Shown piece by piece: positions 19,576 to 28,853 of a stretch of DNA of 49,704 bases. A program made the position numbers and the translations under genes. The stretch comes from a virus (taxonomy: Duplodnaviria > Heunggongvirae > Uroviricota > Caudoviricetes), in the IMG/VR virus record IMGVR_UViG_3300020049_008481; one strand, 5' to 3'. The notes below the pieces were generated by a model. The model did no database searches and had not been told where the DNA came from. It was given only the letters and a program-made list of their open reading frames with translations. Every line of letters begins with the position of its first letter. The first letter of the stretch is position 1.

Positions 19576-20561
19576 ATGTCTTTCAACCTATCTTTCTCTT
19601 TAACCTTAGATTCCTTATGTGAATCTCCATCAATTTCTACATCTATCTTCTGATACGTATTAGCTAGATCCATAAATCCATGGCTAATGCCATCGACTTG
19701 ACCCATTGGAGACCACCATTTCTCTGGCTCCCAATTACTCCCTAACGCATTCCATAATGCATATTGCTCTTCAGACAATCCACCACGTGCAGCTTTTGAT
19801 GGTATAGCAAATTTGATCTTAGTAGGTTTCTTAATTCTTGATGTGTAACTACAAGACTTTGAACAAAACTTTTGATTGGAACCCGGCACAAATAAATTCT
19901 CACAAAACTCATACTTACATGTTTTGATGCAAAGTGTAGATGGTCTTTTATTAGCACATGTATATGAACAAAACTTTACTTTCTTAGACGTTCTGTAAAA
20001 TTCTGTACCACATCTTTCACAGTTCTTAAGCTGCCTGACCAAGCCAATTCGAGGCATCACCTCTCTAGCATTCCACTTACTACAACAATCCAAGGAACAG
20101 AACACTTTATTTCTTATATCCTCAATCTTTTCACCACACTCTTTACACAATCTCAATTCTTTTCTGATAGGAGCACGATGGTCATACGCACATTCAGTTG
20201 AACAGTATTTCAACTGATCATTACCATTTAATGGTAATTTGCAATTCAAACATTGTGGATACCTTAGTCTAACTCTTTTTGACTGTGCATTGCAGCCAAT
20301 ACTACAGAATTTCATCTGGCCCCCTGTTAGTTGATCACCACAGTTTTGGCACTCTGAAAAACGCTTCGCTCTGGCCTTAGCGTCCCTACACCACATCGAA
20401 CAGAATACTTTCCCTCTCCCGAGAATAGCTTTACCACACTCTTTACATCTTGGTTTACTACTCAATGACTCTATTTCTTTGAAACCCTTCATGCAAGATT
20501 TGCTGCAAAATCTCTTGGCTCGGCTCTCCTTCGAAATTTGATTCCCACAATGTTCGCACAT
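19470..20561 (-). CDS. Vsr/DUF559-like endonuclease with seven N-terminal zinc-finger repeats
   Basis: Seven C-x2..4-C...[FY]CS-x2-C repeats; DVEIDGDSH...D..KD.WL..QGWKVLRFSNEEV; probable ATG 20561 (frame open to 20675). Confidence 0.85.
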   Translation of the reverse strand: MCEHCGNQISKESRAKRFCSKSCMKGFKEIESLSSKPRCKECGKAILGRGKVFCSMWCRDAKARAKRFSECQNCGDQLTGGQMKFCSIGCNAQSKRVRLRYPQCLNCKLPLNGNDQLKYCSTECAYDHRAPIRKELRLCKECGEKIEDIRNKVFCSLDCCSKWNAREVMPRIGLVRQLKNCERCGTEFYRTSKKVKFCSYTCANKRPSTLCIKTCKYEFCENLFVPGSNQKFCSKSCSYTSRIKKPTKIKFAIPSKAARGGLSEEQYALWNALGSNWEPEKWWSPMGQVDGISHGFMDLANTYQKIDVEIDGDSHKESKVKEKDRLKDIWLTSQGWKVLRFSNEEVRNSLDSVVEKIMSNVTT

Positions 20562-22719
20562 CTTCTGGACCGTAGAGGTAGTCACCTGGGAGTAATTCTT
20601 GGGCTTCGACCCATCCTCTGTCTGTGAAGATTCTGTGGTCGGGTGTGCAGTATAATTCATCTCCATTGATAACAATTTTACATAGCCTTTCGTGATGTGA
20701 TTCTATATTTGCTAAGACAGTTCCGGTTCCTGAAGCATTCTTAACCGTACTACCTACTTCGACATCTTCGATCGGTAATGTAATATCTTCACCATTCACA
20801 TCTACATGGACAGAGGTTCCCTCGAAAAAACAAAGCATGAGTCTTGCTAAAACAAACAGTGGGCTGCTCGCGTCCCCGTGGTGTCCACCAACGTTTCTCC
20901 TGTAGTCTGGGGAATTTCTACTGCCATATTGTTTAATCTTTTGCTGCCGTTCAACATCAGTCCAGTTTGGACGACTCATTGCAGAATATTTATGGACTTT
21001 CCAGCCAGAATCCGGTTGGGTAAACTTATAGAAGTGGTCTCTCACCCCTCTCGTCACACCATGTGCTCTCCAAATAGAACCGGGGGTGCCAGACTTAAGA
21101 GTCTCAATTATCTCGGTCCATCCGGGGGCCGGATAATCTTGCGACTCATCCTGTTCCAGCCATAAGGGGTGCGTATTGTGACTCATAACGCCATCTGAAA
21201 GATATGAATGATCCTCTGAAATAATATTGTAAACAGTTTGAACACCAGCAGGTTCAACCGATCTAATTTTATAGTGCATAAAATAATCTGTCTCATACCC
21301 ATCACCGTGTTTATTTAAGCGCACACGGTAAGAGTCAAATGGCTTTTTCTTTAATTTGACACCATTAATTTCTTTCACTTTAATATCTACTACCGAGTAA
21401 CCAACATGATATCCCAAGGTCGCACCGATAGTACCAATCCCCATAGCTAGTTTTTTAGATGCGGAACCTGCAGATATTCTATCCTGTGTCCCATGAAACG
21501 TGGAATTCCCATCACCCGAAAGATACCCTTCTAGCAGGGCACGTCGAAACTCTTCTTTCATTGTGAAACAGAATGTTGGAATTTCTTTTCCATCGGCATT
21601 TTTACCGAAGTATTTTTCAAGCCACGTTACAACAGCAGCAGATGAAAACCCAATCCTATCAGCAGAAGAATGTGCTCGTTTAGTCACATTATAATTCCAG
21701 TTAAGTCTATTCAGATGTCTAAATACTATATTTTGATCTTTAGGATGTACAAATAGATCGACCCTTCTCTTAGGCTCTCCCTTTAAGCCAGACAAACACC
21801 CATCAGCCAAATATCTACCAACTAACCACCAAAAAGATTCTGACTCGCAATTTCTAATAGTGTTATTCTTATTACCACTAAAATCTGGATAAACAACTTC
21901 TACCTCATCAAAAGATTTAGGGGAAGACCAATATGAGTTTATTGGCGAATACTTAGATGACGATAGATTGTTAACCCGTTCCCATTTAAGTGGACCTAAA
22001 TCTCGTTTAACTTTACCTGGCATCTTTGAAACATCATTTCGGACATAGAAACCATGTCCTTCAGAAACTCCTTTTTCAAAAGACCCCTGGCCTTTAACCC
22101 TAAACGTTTCAGCCTCAAACGACTGCACGGCAGCTACTTTGGACCAACGGTTTTCATGCGACCATACATAATCGTCTGTAGTAACATCCTGGATGAACTT
22201 CCAACCGCTAACTCTAGTTAAAACTAATGTATACTTTATCTCGCAGCCCTTAATCCCAGATCCATCCCTCTGTGGGATACGACCTAGGATACGTGCCCCA
22301 TTTAGGAAATTCATTTCAAAAGGCCTATGGGTAATGCCATTACCTGCCCGTTTGGGTAACATTTCCCTACCCATTCGAGTGGTTTTAAAACGTTTTTCCA
22401 CCAACCCGGTAATCGGTTGTAAGTGGTTTAGCTCGGGGGCTGTTATAACCATTTCTTGACCAGGGTTTACAAACGGGAAAGCAAATGCCCTCAGCGTAAT
22501 ACTTACCGATTTACCAAGTGATCTAGCTAGTTGTTCAATTTGAAGTTGAGAAGTATCGTTATACCATTTCCACTGAAAAGGCCAGGCACGCCACAGTCCG
22601 TTAGGAGATTCCACTCCTTCGTCAGTCCAAAACATTTCAGCTTGATCAATCCCACTTTCGTCAGCCAGAATGCAGGCAAGATAGCATTCTTCCTCAGTAA
22701 GATCCTCTAGAACTGACAT
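20458..22719 (-). CDS. terL: Terminase large subunit, N-terminal (ATPase) fragment with cis intein and split-intein N half
   Basis: Walker A-like ARSLGKS, TAPELNHL, Walker B WLEQDE; two intein starts (CEIKY, CFFEG); ends TAG TAA. Confidence 0.88.
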   Translation of the reverse strand: MSVLEDLTEEECYLACILADESGIDQAEMFWTDEGVESPNGLWRAWPFQWKWYNDTSQLQIEQLARSLGKSVSITLRAFAFPFVNPGQEMVITAPELNHLQPITGLVEKRFKTTRMGREMLPKRAGNGITHRPFEMNFLNGARILGRIPQRDGSGIKGCEIKYTLVLTRVSGWKFIQDVTTDDYVWSHENRWSKVAAVQSFEAETFRVKGQGSFEKGVSEGHGFYVRNDVSKMPGKVKRDLGPLKWERVNNLSSSKYSPINSYWSSPKSFDEVEVVYPDFSGNKNNTIRNCESESFWWLVGRYLADGCLSGLKGEPKRRVDLFVHPKDQNIVFRHLNRLNWNYNVTKRAHSSADRIGFSSAAVVTWLEKYFGKNADGKEIPTFCFTMKEEFRRALLEGYLSGDGNSTFHGTQDRISAGSASKKLAMGIGTIGATLGYHVGYSVVDIKVKEINGVKLKKKPFDSYRVRLNKHGDGYETDYFMHYKIRSVEPAGVQTVYNIISEDHSYLSDGVMSHNTHPLWLEQDESQDYPAPGWTEIIETLKSGTPGSIWRAHGVTRGVRDHFYKFTQPDSGWKVHKYSAMSRPNWTDVERQQKIKQYGSRNSPDYRRNVGGHHGDASSPLFVLARLMLCFFEGTSVHVDVNGEDITLPIEDVEVGSTVKNASGTGTVLANIESHHERLCKIVINGDELYCTPDHRIFTDRGWVEAQELLPGDYLYGPEDVRTLWESNFEGEPSQEILQQILHEGFQRNRVIE
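20461..20832 (-). mobile_element. Split intein N-fragment (124 aa)
   Basis: CFFEGTSV (block A), CTPDHRIFT (block B TxxH), GWVEAQELLPGD, then acidic tail and stop. Confidence 0.85.
21175..22245 (-). mobile_element. Cis-splicing intein with LAGLIDADG homing endonuclease (357 aa)
   Basis: G|CEIKY...VMSHN|T; WLVGRYLADG and LLEGYLSGDG dodecapeptide motifs; inserted just before Walker B. Confidence 0.92.
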
Positions 22720-22723
22720 TTAA

Positions 22724-23275
22724 TTATTTAACCCCTTCAACCAGCTTAGTGTAAAACACAATGCTGGACTCTGGATACTTTACTAAAACATCAAACAGCC
22801 AGCTAGTCACGTAATAGATTCTATACTCTAAAAAGAAGCTAGGAGCCTTCTTAAACCCTTCAGCAATAGATTCCATCTGAGCAACAGTAGGTTCCGCTCC
22901 ACGTAATAGCTTATACACCATATTTCTATCTAACTCTGTAGTGGCTGCAACGTGCCGGATAGACCTGTTTCCACACATGGCTTTAAACGTCTCCGTAAAT
23001 GGTCTTTCAGAATAGTCTTCACCGATTATTTGGCGATACCTTTTAGAAGCTTCCCCTTCATCTAGAGAGGGGCGCTTACCGGGCTTACCTGTGGATGGCC
23101 CGCCTATCTTAATGATGTCATTGATGATTCTACCTGCAACTACTGGGTCAAGGTCGAATACTTTATCCCACTTTAATGAGTCTATGGACGGATAATTGGA
23201 ACGTATTTTCTCAGCAGTTATCTTCCACTGAGTTTTTCTGTCAGTTGGGACAACATCGATTATAACGGGGTCCAC
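22724..23275 (-). CDS. Cro/C1 (XRE)-type HTH protein
   Basis: SIRHVAATTELDRNMVYKLLRG...PTVAQMESIAEGF. Confidence 0.72.
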   Translation of the reverse strand: MDPVIIDVVPTDRKTQWKITAEKIRSNYPSIDSLKWDKVFDLDPVVAGRIINDIIKIGGPSTGKPGKRPSLDEGEASKRYRQIIGEDYSERPFTETFKAMCGNRSIRHVAATTELDRNMVYKLLRGAEPTVAQMESIAEGFKKAPSFFLEYRIYYVTSWLFDVLVKYPESSIVFYTKLVEGVK

Positions 23276-23277
23276 TA

Positions 23278-23922
23278 TTAAACCTCTCTAATCCAGAATT
23301 TTTGCTGATGGGTTTGGAAGTAAAGATCCACTTCCCTGAACTCTGGTAAGAATGTGCCTTCAATCCACTCAAATAGACCGTCTAAGTCGATACCACCTTC
23401 TTCGGATCTTTCTTCCGGTGTGCATCTCTGATACAAGCCATATAGGTGGTCAAATTCATTGAACAGGATAAGTGATTTGGTTAGTTGTTTTTCACGCATA
23501 ACCCCAAATTCTTTAGCCCTAAGTCGCAAATTAGCAAGGTAGTCAGGTACAGACTCGCCCTTTTCTTTCTCTCGGGAAGGCTTATCTAAACCAACACTTT
23601 TCTTAACTAGCCTAATCTCTTGGCTATAGTCTCTGATAGTCTTCTTAAGGTTATCAAGATCAACTGGTTCACCGAAATAGTCCCGCTCTAGAGACATCCA
23701 CAAACTCCACCGCCACACCATTAGCTCCATGAACAAGATCCTGTCAATGTCCTGTAAATCGGTTACGGCAGAGAACCTGTTTTCAGACATGTATCTACTA
23801 GATCTATCTTTTACATACTCCACCTCATCAAATGTTAGAACCTGCAACGCTCCACCGGAAGGCAAATCAACACTAAATGGGTGTTCGCCTTCTAGGTATT
23901 CTTCAATGCTATTTGTGCTCAT
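23278..23922 (-). CDS. Putative terminase small subunit (214 aa)
   Basis: Helical ORF heading the terminase operon; function from position. Confidence 0.5.
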   Translation of the reverse strand: MSTNSIEEYLEGEHPFSVDLPSGGALQVLTFDEVEYVKDRSSRYMSENRFSAVTDLQDIDRILFMELMVWRWSLWMSLERDYFGEPVDLDNLKKTIRDYSQEIRLVKKSVGLDKPSREKEKGESVPDYLANLRLRAKEFGVMREKQLTKSLILFNEFDHLYGLYQRCTPEERSEEGGIDLDGLFEWIEGTFLPEFREVDLYFQTHQQKFWIREV

Positions 23923-23929
23923 TGAATGT

Positions 23930-23938
23930 ATTATAGCA
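23930..23938 (-). promoter_or_regulatory. Extended -10 promoter, leaderless
   Basis: TGC TATAAT then 7 nt then ATG 23922; no SD. Confidence 0.65.
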
Positions 23939-23973
23939 CATTTTAATAGTTATGTTTATGAAAAAAGACAAAT

Positions 23974-23997
23974 AAAAAAGCAGACCCGAAAGGCTGC
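23974..23997 (-). terminator. Intrinsic terminator ending the lysis transcript
   Basis: GCAGCC TTTCG GGTCTGC followed by TTTTTT on minus strand. Confidence 0.7.
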
Positions 23998-24020
23998 CCG
24001 TCGTCTAATACGTTTGCACA

Positions 24021-24992
24021 CTACCGGACAAGTATCTGTCCAGCACCATAAGGGGATACATTATTGCCGGTCACAGTATCCTCAGTGCAGTCGATGGCAG
24101 CGACCATGAACATTTCGGTACCAGCCTTGCGCTTCGACATCGGCTGCGCATTACCGATAACCGTGATCAAATCTACTCGGGTAGCGACCACTGCACCCCT
24201 TTTGGGGTTGCCCATTAAAGTATCCGACGTGTTGCCCCCAATGTAGAAGTCACGGCGTCGGCCTCCTGACTTATCTTCAATATGGACATCAAAGGTATCA
24301 CCGATAAGATTATTGCGGTTGATGCTCACCTCATTACATTGCCCATAACCTTCAGCAGCAAAAAATAACAGCCGAGACTTGCCAATCCAATTATCATAGA
24401 TAGCTACATCCCGCACACCCTCAGTGCCTGCCTGGACTTCGAGGTTAAACGTTGACCTTGACGCCATATCAAATATAGAGCTATCGATGTACGCACCGTG
24501 GGCACAGACGAGGGCCACATTGTTACGTCCAGTATGATGGACATAGCAGCCAGTTACGATGAGGCTAACTGTGGGTGGCCGCACGTTACCAGGAGCGTCA
24601 GGGGCACGCCCTGCGTAGATACCGTCACCGACTGTGTGATGAATATGACAATTAATGAGTGTAGTACGCTGTGCTCCGAGGATCGCAACGCCGTGCTGCG
24701 AATCGAGCAGCCCCTGAGTGTATACTATTCGTAAGGTAGAGGTAGGTTCGCCGCCGAGCACATTACCTCCATCAATAGTGACCCGCTCTAACTTTACGTC
24801 GTCGCCAGTGATGAGGATAGTGGCCCGCTTCTGCGTCGAAGGCAAGGTGGAAACTTCGAGATTACGAAGCGTGATCGGCTTGTCGAGTCGAATCGTCCCG
24901 GCAATCTCGTAGATGTCATTACCAAGGTTAAGCACCCCACCGGGTGGTACCGCATCAATATGGGACTGCAGGACGGCGGTTTGATCGGTCAT
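24021..24992 (-). CDS. Right-handed beta-helix (pectate-lyase-like) protein
   Basis: Repeating beta-helix turns (IHHTVGDGIY, GCYVHHTGRNNV, IYDNWIG). Confidence 0.75.
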   Translation of the reverse strand: MTDQTAVLQSHIDAVPPGGVLNLGNDIYEIAGTIRLDKPITLRNLEVSTLPSTQKRATILITGDDVKLERVTIDGGNVLGGEPTSTLRIVYTQGLLDSQHGVAILGAQRTTLINCHIHHTVGDGIYAGRAPDAPGNVRPPTVSLIVTGCYVHHTGRNNVALVCAHGAYIDSSIFDMASRSTFNLEVQAGTEGVRDVAIYDNWIGKSRLLFFAAEGYGQCNEVSINRNNLIGDTFDVHIEDKSGGRRRDFYIGGNTSDTLMGNPKRGAVVATRVDLITVIGNAQPMSKRKAGTEMFMVAAIDCTEDTVTGNNVSPYGAGQILVR

Positions 24993-25237
24993 GTGTCCTC
25001 TTCTGTATGCTTTGACTTTGAGTTGGTCGTGACCAGAACAGCACCGAGCGCCCCAAGCGCGACACTAGCAAGATTTCCAACAGGGACAATCGCAGCCACA
25101 GCACTCGGCTCAATAGCATAACTGTCGTCCACAAGCTTCCAGATTAGGAAAATCTCGCCCAATAAAGCAACAAATGCAATTGCCGCTAGGCAAATAATTA
25201 CTAACCTAACTGTGCCCAGATCGCTAGATTTAGTCAT
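24989..25237 (-). CDS. Two-TM membrane protein, holin-like
   Basis: Two hydrophobic segments, charged C-terminus, follows endolysin. Confidence 0.55.
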   Translation of the reverse strand: MTKSSDLGTVRLVIICLAAIAFVALLGEIFLIWKLVDDSYAIEPSAVAAIVPVGNLASVALGALGAVLVTTNSKSKHTEEDT

Positions 25238-25917
25238 GCCTTAGGCGCTTTTAATGCAGACTTCCTAACCAATTCGACATAATACGCAATTCTTTCCGTT
25301 GGAGCCTTCCCCTCACGAACCCACTTTCGAGCTAAGCTAGGGTTATTATGATGGGCGACTGCCGCATCCCATAAAGTGTGGTCGGGTAGGTTTTTAGCAT
25401 TAAGCTTCTTTAGGGATTCATATGAATCAGCTAAGGCCGTAGCGGCCATTTCGATACAGAAGATAGGATCGCCATAAGCGATCTCATCCGTTATATCAGG
25501 ATGATACCTAAGATTCCACTGTGCGATCCCCCTGTCAGTCTTATCTACAACACCTTGGGCACCTGGGTCAAGCGCACTCTCTAATCTAAGGACTCCAAAT
25601 AAAAGGTTATCAGGGATACCTTTTAAAACCTGCTGAAGCAAAATGTGAGGCCAAAAAAGCAAAGTGGCAGTGGCCATATCAACTTCACCAGTCTCTTTTA
25701 GTTTAGATTCCTTCTGAAACTTTTTAACAGCCTGTCTCGTAGCGCCACCGAAGATGCCATCAAGTTTCTTGGGTTCTGCTAAAAACTTACGTCTTATCAA
25801 TTCCTTCTGAATCCCCTTGGTTGCTAGTCTGACTCGCTTAACTTCACTATCGGGGATAACCATAGTCATAGAATATGTCTTAGGAATTCTCCATGCGCCA
25901 ACACCTTTATCAGTCAT
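25234..25917 (-). CDS. Endolysin: peptidoglycan-binding domain plus lytic transglycosylase-like domain
   Basis: DGIFGGATRQAVKKFQ...TGEVD (PG_binding_1); LRLES...DRGIAQWN lysozyme-like catalytic motif. Confidence 0.82.
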   Translation of the reverse strand: MTDKGVGAWRIPKTYSMTMVIPDSEVKRVRLATKGIQKELIRRKFLAEPKKLDGIFGGATRQAVKKFQKESKLKETGEVDMATATLLFWPHILLQQVLKGIPDNLLFGVLRLESALDPGAQGVVDKTDRGIAQWNLRYHPDITDEIAYGDPIFCIEMAATALADSYESLKKLNAKNLPDHTLWDAAVAHHNNPSLARKWVREGKAPTERIAYYVELVRKSALKAPKA

Positions 25918-25925
25918 ACTTGGTC

Positions 25926-25952
25926 CTTTCGACTAAAAACTCAATGAGTCTA
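25926..25952 (-). promoter_or_regulatory. Putative sigma28/WhiG-type late promoter for lysis genes
   Basis: TAGA-N15-GTCGAAAG, 8 nt before ATG 25917. Confidence 0.45.
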
Positions 25953-26553
25953 ATTTTCTGAATGCCCTACGATACTTTTTAACTATATCTGAATATGTTT
26001 TATTCTGAACTAATCTTGACTGTGAATTTCTGGACTCTCTATTCCTATCTATATGAACTCTGTATATGGCGTCAGGAACTTCAATCGAATCAGCACCATT
26101 TAGAAAACACCTTATAAAGAGTTCCCAATCTTCCATAACCGGATATTCACTAAAACCACCAACAGCATCAAATAGGCTTTTCGGAATAGCCGTACCAATA
26201 ACTAGGTAATTCCCCTTTATAATGCGTTTCCTGGGGATAATAACAGGATAGTCGTCTTCGATCCCATTTACCACTCCTAAGGTTGAAGGCTGTAAAAGTT
26301 TGTTACTCTGCACAGATGCAGTCATTGCTTCTATGTAATTCAAATCTAATTCATCATCTGCATCAAGAAAGATAAGCCATTCGCTCTTGACTAAACTTGC
26401 ACCTATGTTTCTGGCCATTGCAAGTGTATTTGAATGCACCAGAATAATATCATCAGCCTGCTGCGTCTGTTTCTCAGCAGACCGTTTAGCTCTTTGAGCT
26501 AACTTTCCCCAGTATTTCTCATCACCATAAGTGCCTATAACGATGCTAAACAC
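25933..26553 (-). CDS. Glycosyltransferase family 2
   Basis: FSIVIGTY...LAMARNIG...FLDADD...VGGFSEYPVMEDWEL. Confidence 0.85.
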   Translation of the reverse strand: MFSIVIGTYGDEKYWGKLAQRAKRSAEKQTQQADDIILVHSNTLAMARNIGASLVKSEWLIFLDADDELDLNYIEAMTASVQSNKLLQPSTLGVVNGIEDDYPVIIPRKRIIKGNYLVIGTAIPKSLFDAVGGFSEYPVMEDWELFIRCFLNGADSIEVPDAIYRVHIDRNRESRNSQSRLVQNKTYSDIVKKYRRAFRKLDSLSF

Positions 26554-27520
26554 TCTTTACCATTTTATTATAAATCCATTCATAAGTTTTTTCAAGTCCG
26601 TCTTCAAGTGCTACATGAGGGACCCACCCAATTGTTTTTTCAAGTAAAGCATTATCAGAGTTCCTACCACGCACTCCCTGGGGTGCTGAAAGATTATATG
26701 TTCTTTTCAAACCGATCCCAGCAATATCTTCAATTAGATCGACTAGCTCATTAATACTTATCAACCTATCACTACCTAGATTTAGGGGTTCAGTATAATT
26801 CTCAGATCGCATGATACGAATAGTACCCTCCACGCAATCATCATTAAACATAAAGCTTCGTGTCTGCCGCCCATCGCCCCAAATATCTATCTCATGGACC
26901 CCCGAAAGCTTAGCCTCAATCACTTTCCTACAGATAGCTGCTGGGGCTTTCTCCCTGCCCCCATCATAATGGGTATGAGTCCCATATACATTATGGTATC
27001 TCGCAACTCTAGTAATTAAACCAGTGTCCTCAGTAAAGTGCCTGCACATCCTTTCAGTGAAAAGCTTCTCCCAGCCATATCCGTCTTCTGCTTCAGCCGG
27101 ATATGCATCTGATTCTTTTAAACTGGGGTTAGTAGGATCTGATTGTTTAGAAGCTGCATATACACAAGCTGAAGATGAATAAAAGAATCTCCCAACATTA
27201 GCTGCATTAGCCGCAACGAGCATATTGGTAGATTGTAAAACCGAAAGCATGCAATTAAGTTTGTGAGTTTCTATATACCCCATACCGCCCATGTCCGCTG
27301 CCAGCATATAGACTTCATCAAAATGCCTAGACTGGAGCAGAGAGTAACAATTTTCTAGTCCTCTCAAGTCTACAGAAATGTTATACGCTTGACCATGAAG
27401 TTGGCTCCATTCGTCTAACGGCTTGATGTCTGCTGCGACTACGTCATGGCCATCACTGACCATCCTATTGACAATATGACTGCCTATAAACCCACCGCCG
27501 CCAGCAACTAAAATATTCAT
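26546..27520 (-). CDS. NAD-dependent epimerase, GDP-mannose 3,5-epimerase-like
   Basis: GGGGFIG, LAADMGGMG, SSSACVY, YGWEK, REKAPAAICRK, IWGDGRQTRSF - GME-type signature. Confidence 0.85.
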   Translation of the reverse strand: MNILVAGGGGFIGSHIVNRMVSDGHDVVAADIKPLDEWSQLHGQAYNISVDLRGLENCYSLLQSRHFDEVYMLAADMGGMGYIETHKLNCMLSVLQSTNMLVAANAANVGRFFYSSSACVYAASKQSDPTNPSLKESDAYPAEAEDGYGWEKLFTERMCRHFTEDTGLITRVARYHNVYGTHTHYDGGREKAPAAICRKVIEAKLSGVHEIDIWGDGRQTRSFMFNDDCVEGTIRIMRSENYTEPLNLGSDRLISINELVDLIEDIAGIGLKRTYNLSAPQGVRGRNSDNALLEKTIGWVPHVALEDGLEKTYEWIYNKMVKSV

Positions 27521-27523
27521 ACT

Positions 27524-28117
27524 CTATCCTTTAGGTAAGATGAATATTTCATCACCTTCCAACATAAACTCATGATTAGGGAACAACTCAGCACTCATCT
27601 CTCTCATAGCCTCAACGGTCGGGTAGTCTTTCCAAACCCCAAAACCACGAGCATCGTCAATAATAACACAATGTGAATCTGCATATTTAGACTCTGAGAT
27701 AGCTTGCATTTCGGCAACAACAGGTGTATCGCTAGTAAGTTGGGCTGTGCCCTCCCCCGAGTAATGGGCATCTAGCCAAAACACAGCAGGGCTATCTGCA
27801 TCCTCCATAATAAGAGGAAGTAGCTCCCCTGAGTCCCCAAGTCTTATATCTATATTAGGTTGATTTTTAAATCTATCGACAGAAAAGTTGAAGGCATCAT
27901 CCCATGCTTCTACCGTATAAACCCTGTCAACATATGGCAGCATTGCTGCTACGCCATCACCCCTTGATGTACCTGATTCTATAAATGTAGTTATTCCATA
28001 ACTTTTTATAGTACGCATTATGTAATACATCTTAATTTCATGGGGCACGCTGCCATTCTGGTCCAAAGAACGACCAGTCTTAACCCATTTGTTATATGTT
28101 CTATCTAAATTAGCCAC
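27524..28117 (-). CDS. Class I SAM-dependent methyltransferase-like protein
   Basis: FIESGTSRGDG...GDSGELL...FWLDAHYSG...IIDDAR. Confidence 0.7.
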   Translation of the reverse strand: MANLDRTYNKWVKTGRSLDQNGSVPHEIKMYYIMRTIKSYGITTFIESGTSRGDGVAAMLPYVDRVYTVEAWDDAFNFSVDRFKNQPNIDIRLGDSGELLPLIMEDADSPAVFWLDAHYSGEGTAQLTSDTPVVAEMQAISESKYADSHCVIIDDARGFGVWKDYPTVEAMREMSAELFPNHEFMLEGDEIFILPKG

Positions 28118-28853
28118 GGATAAGCAACTCTCTCTTAGGTCTATTAACTATTTGTTCTGACTCATGGATAAGGTTTACATTCACTTGTGAATCTGATATC
28201 GGATTCACAGCATTATACATATATAGGGTTTCATTGATAAATTTATAATGCTCACTTCCACACATCTCCAACATAGGAACCATTATAACCTTGTCATATC
28301 CACCTGTAAACCATTTACCTCTAGTTGTTTGAAGGTCTTCATCTCTAATCTCATTCCACAGGAACTTTCTAAATGTTAGAGGATGATTAAAACAATTAGG
28401 CGAATTTCTAAAATCTCTATCTCTAATAACATTCCTTGGATAAGAATGAGCTAACGTTTGGCCCGTATCATGTGGATACGGTTTGTAATTGCCATAAGTA
28501 AGCCACACACTTTCATCTCTATAAATTTGATCAAATCTTTTTAAAACTCTCTTGGGCGGCAAGAAATCATCACCATCAAGTATGAAAATAACGTCATCAT
28601 CTTTAGGGTCTAACAAGTTAATACCTAGGCGCAGATTATATGGACATTTCATATTAACGTCATTACGCCAGTAATCATATCCATATTGATCGCAAAGACC
28701 TCTAGCCAATGGCTCATATGATCTATCGGTAGATGCATCATCTATGACTAGGACCTTAACCGGACGCTTGGACTGATCAACCACTGACTTTAAGCATCGT
28801 TCAATCCATAAGGAACAATTATACGAGGGGATTAGAACGTGAAAATCTGTCAT
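28110..28853 (-). CDS. Glycosyltransferase family 2
   Basis: VLIPSYN...VIDDAS...ILDGDD. Confidence 0.85.
   Translation of the reverse strand: MTDFHVLIPSYNCSLWIERCLKSVVDQSKRPVKVLVIDDASTDRSYEPLARGLCDQYGYDYWRNDVNMKCPYNLRLGINLLDPKDDDVIFILDGDDFLPPKRVLKRFDQIYRDESVWLTYGNYKPYPHDTGQTLAHSYPRNVIRDRDFRNSPNCFNHPLTFRKFLWNEIRDEDLQTTRGKWFTGGYDKVIMVPMLEMCGSEHYKFINETLYMYNAVNPISDSQVNVNLIHESEQIVNRPKRELLIRG

Noticed and set aside
19576-20457. Group I intron explaining the broken terminase
   Set aside because: The interval is entirely endonuclease CDS overlapping both intein halves, leaving no room for a ribozyme core, and IntC has its own ATG with an SD-like sequence. RT-PCR would settle it.
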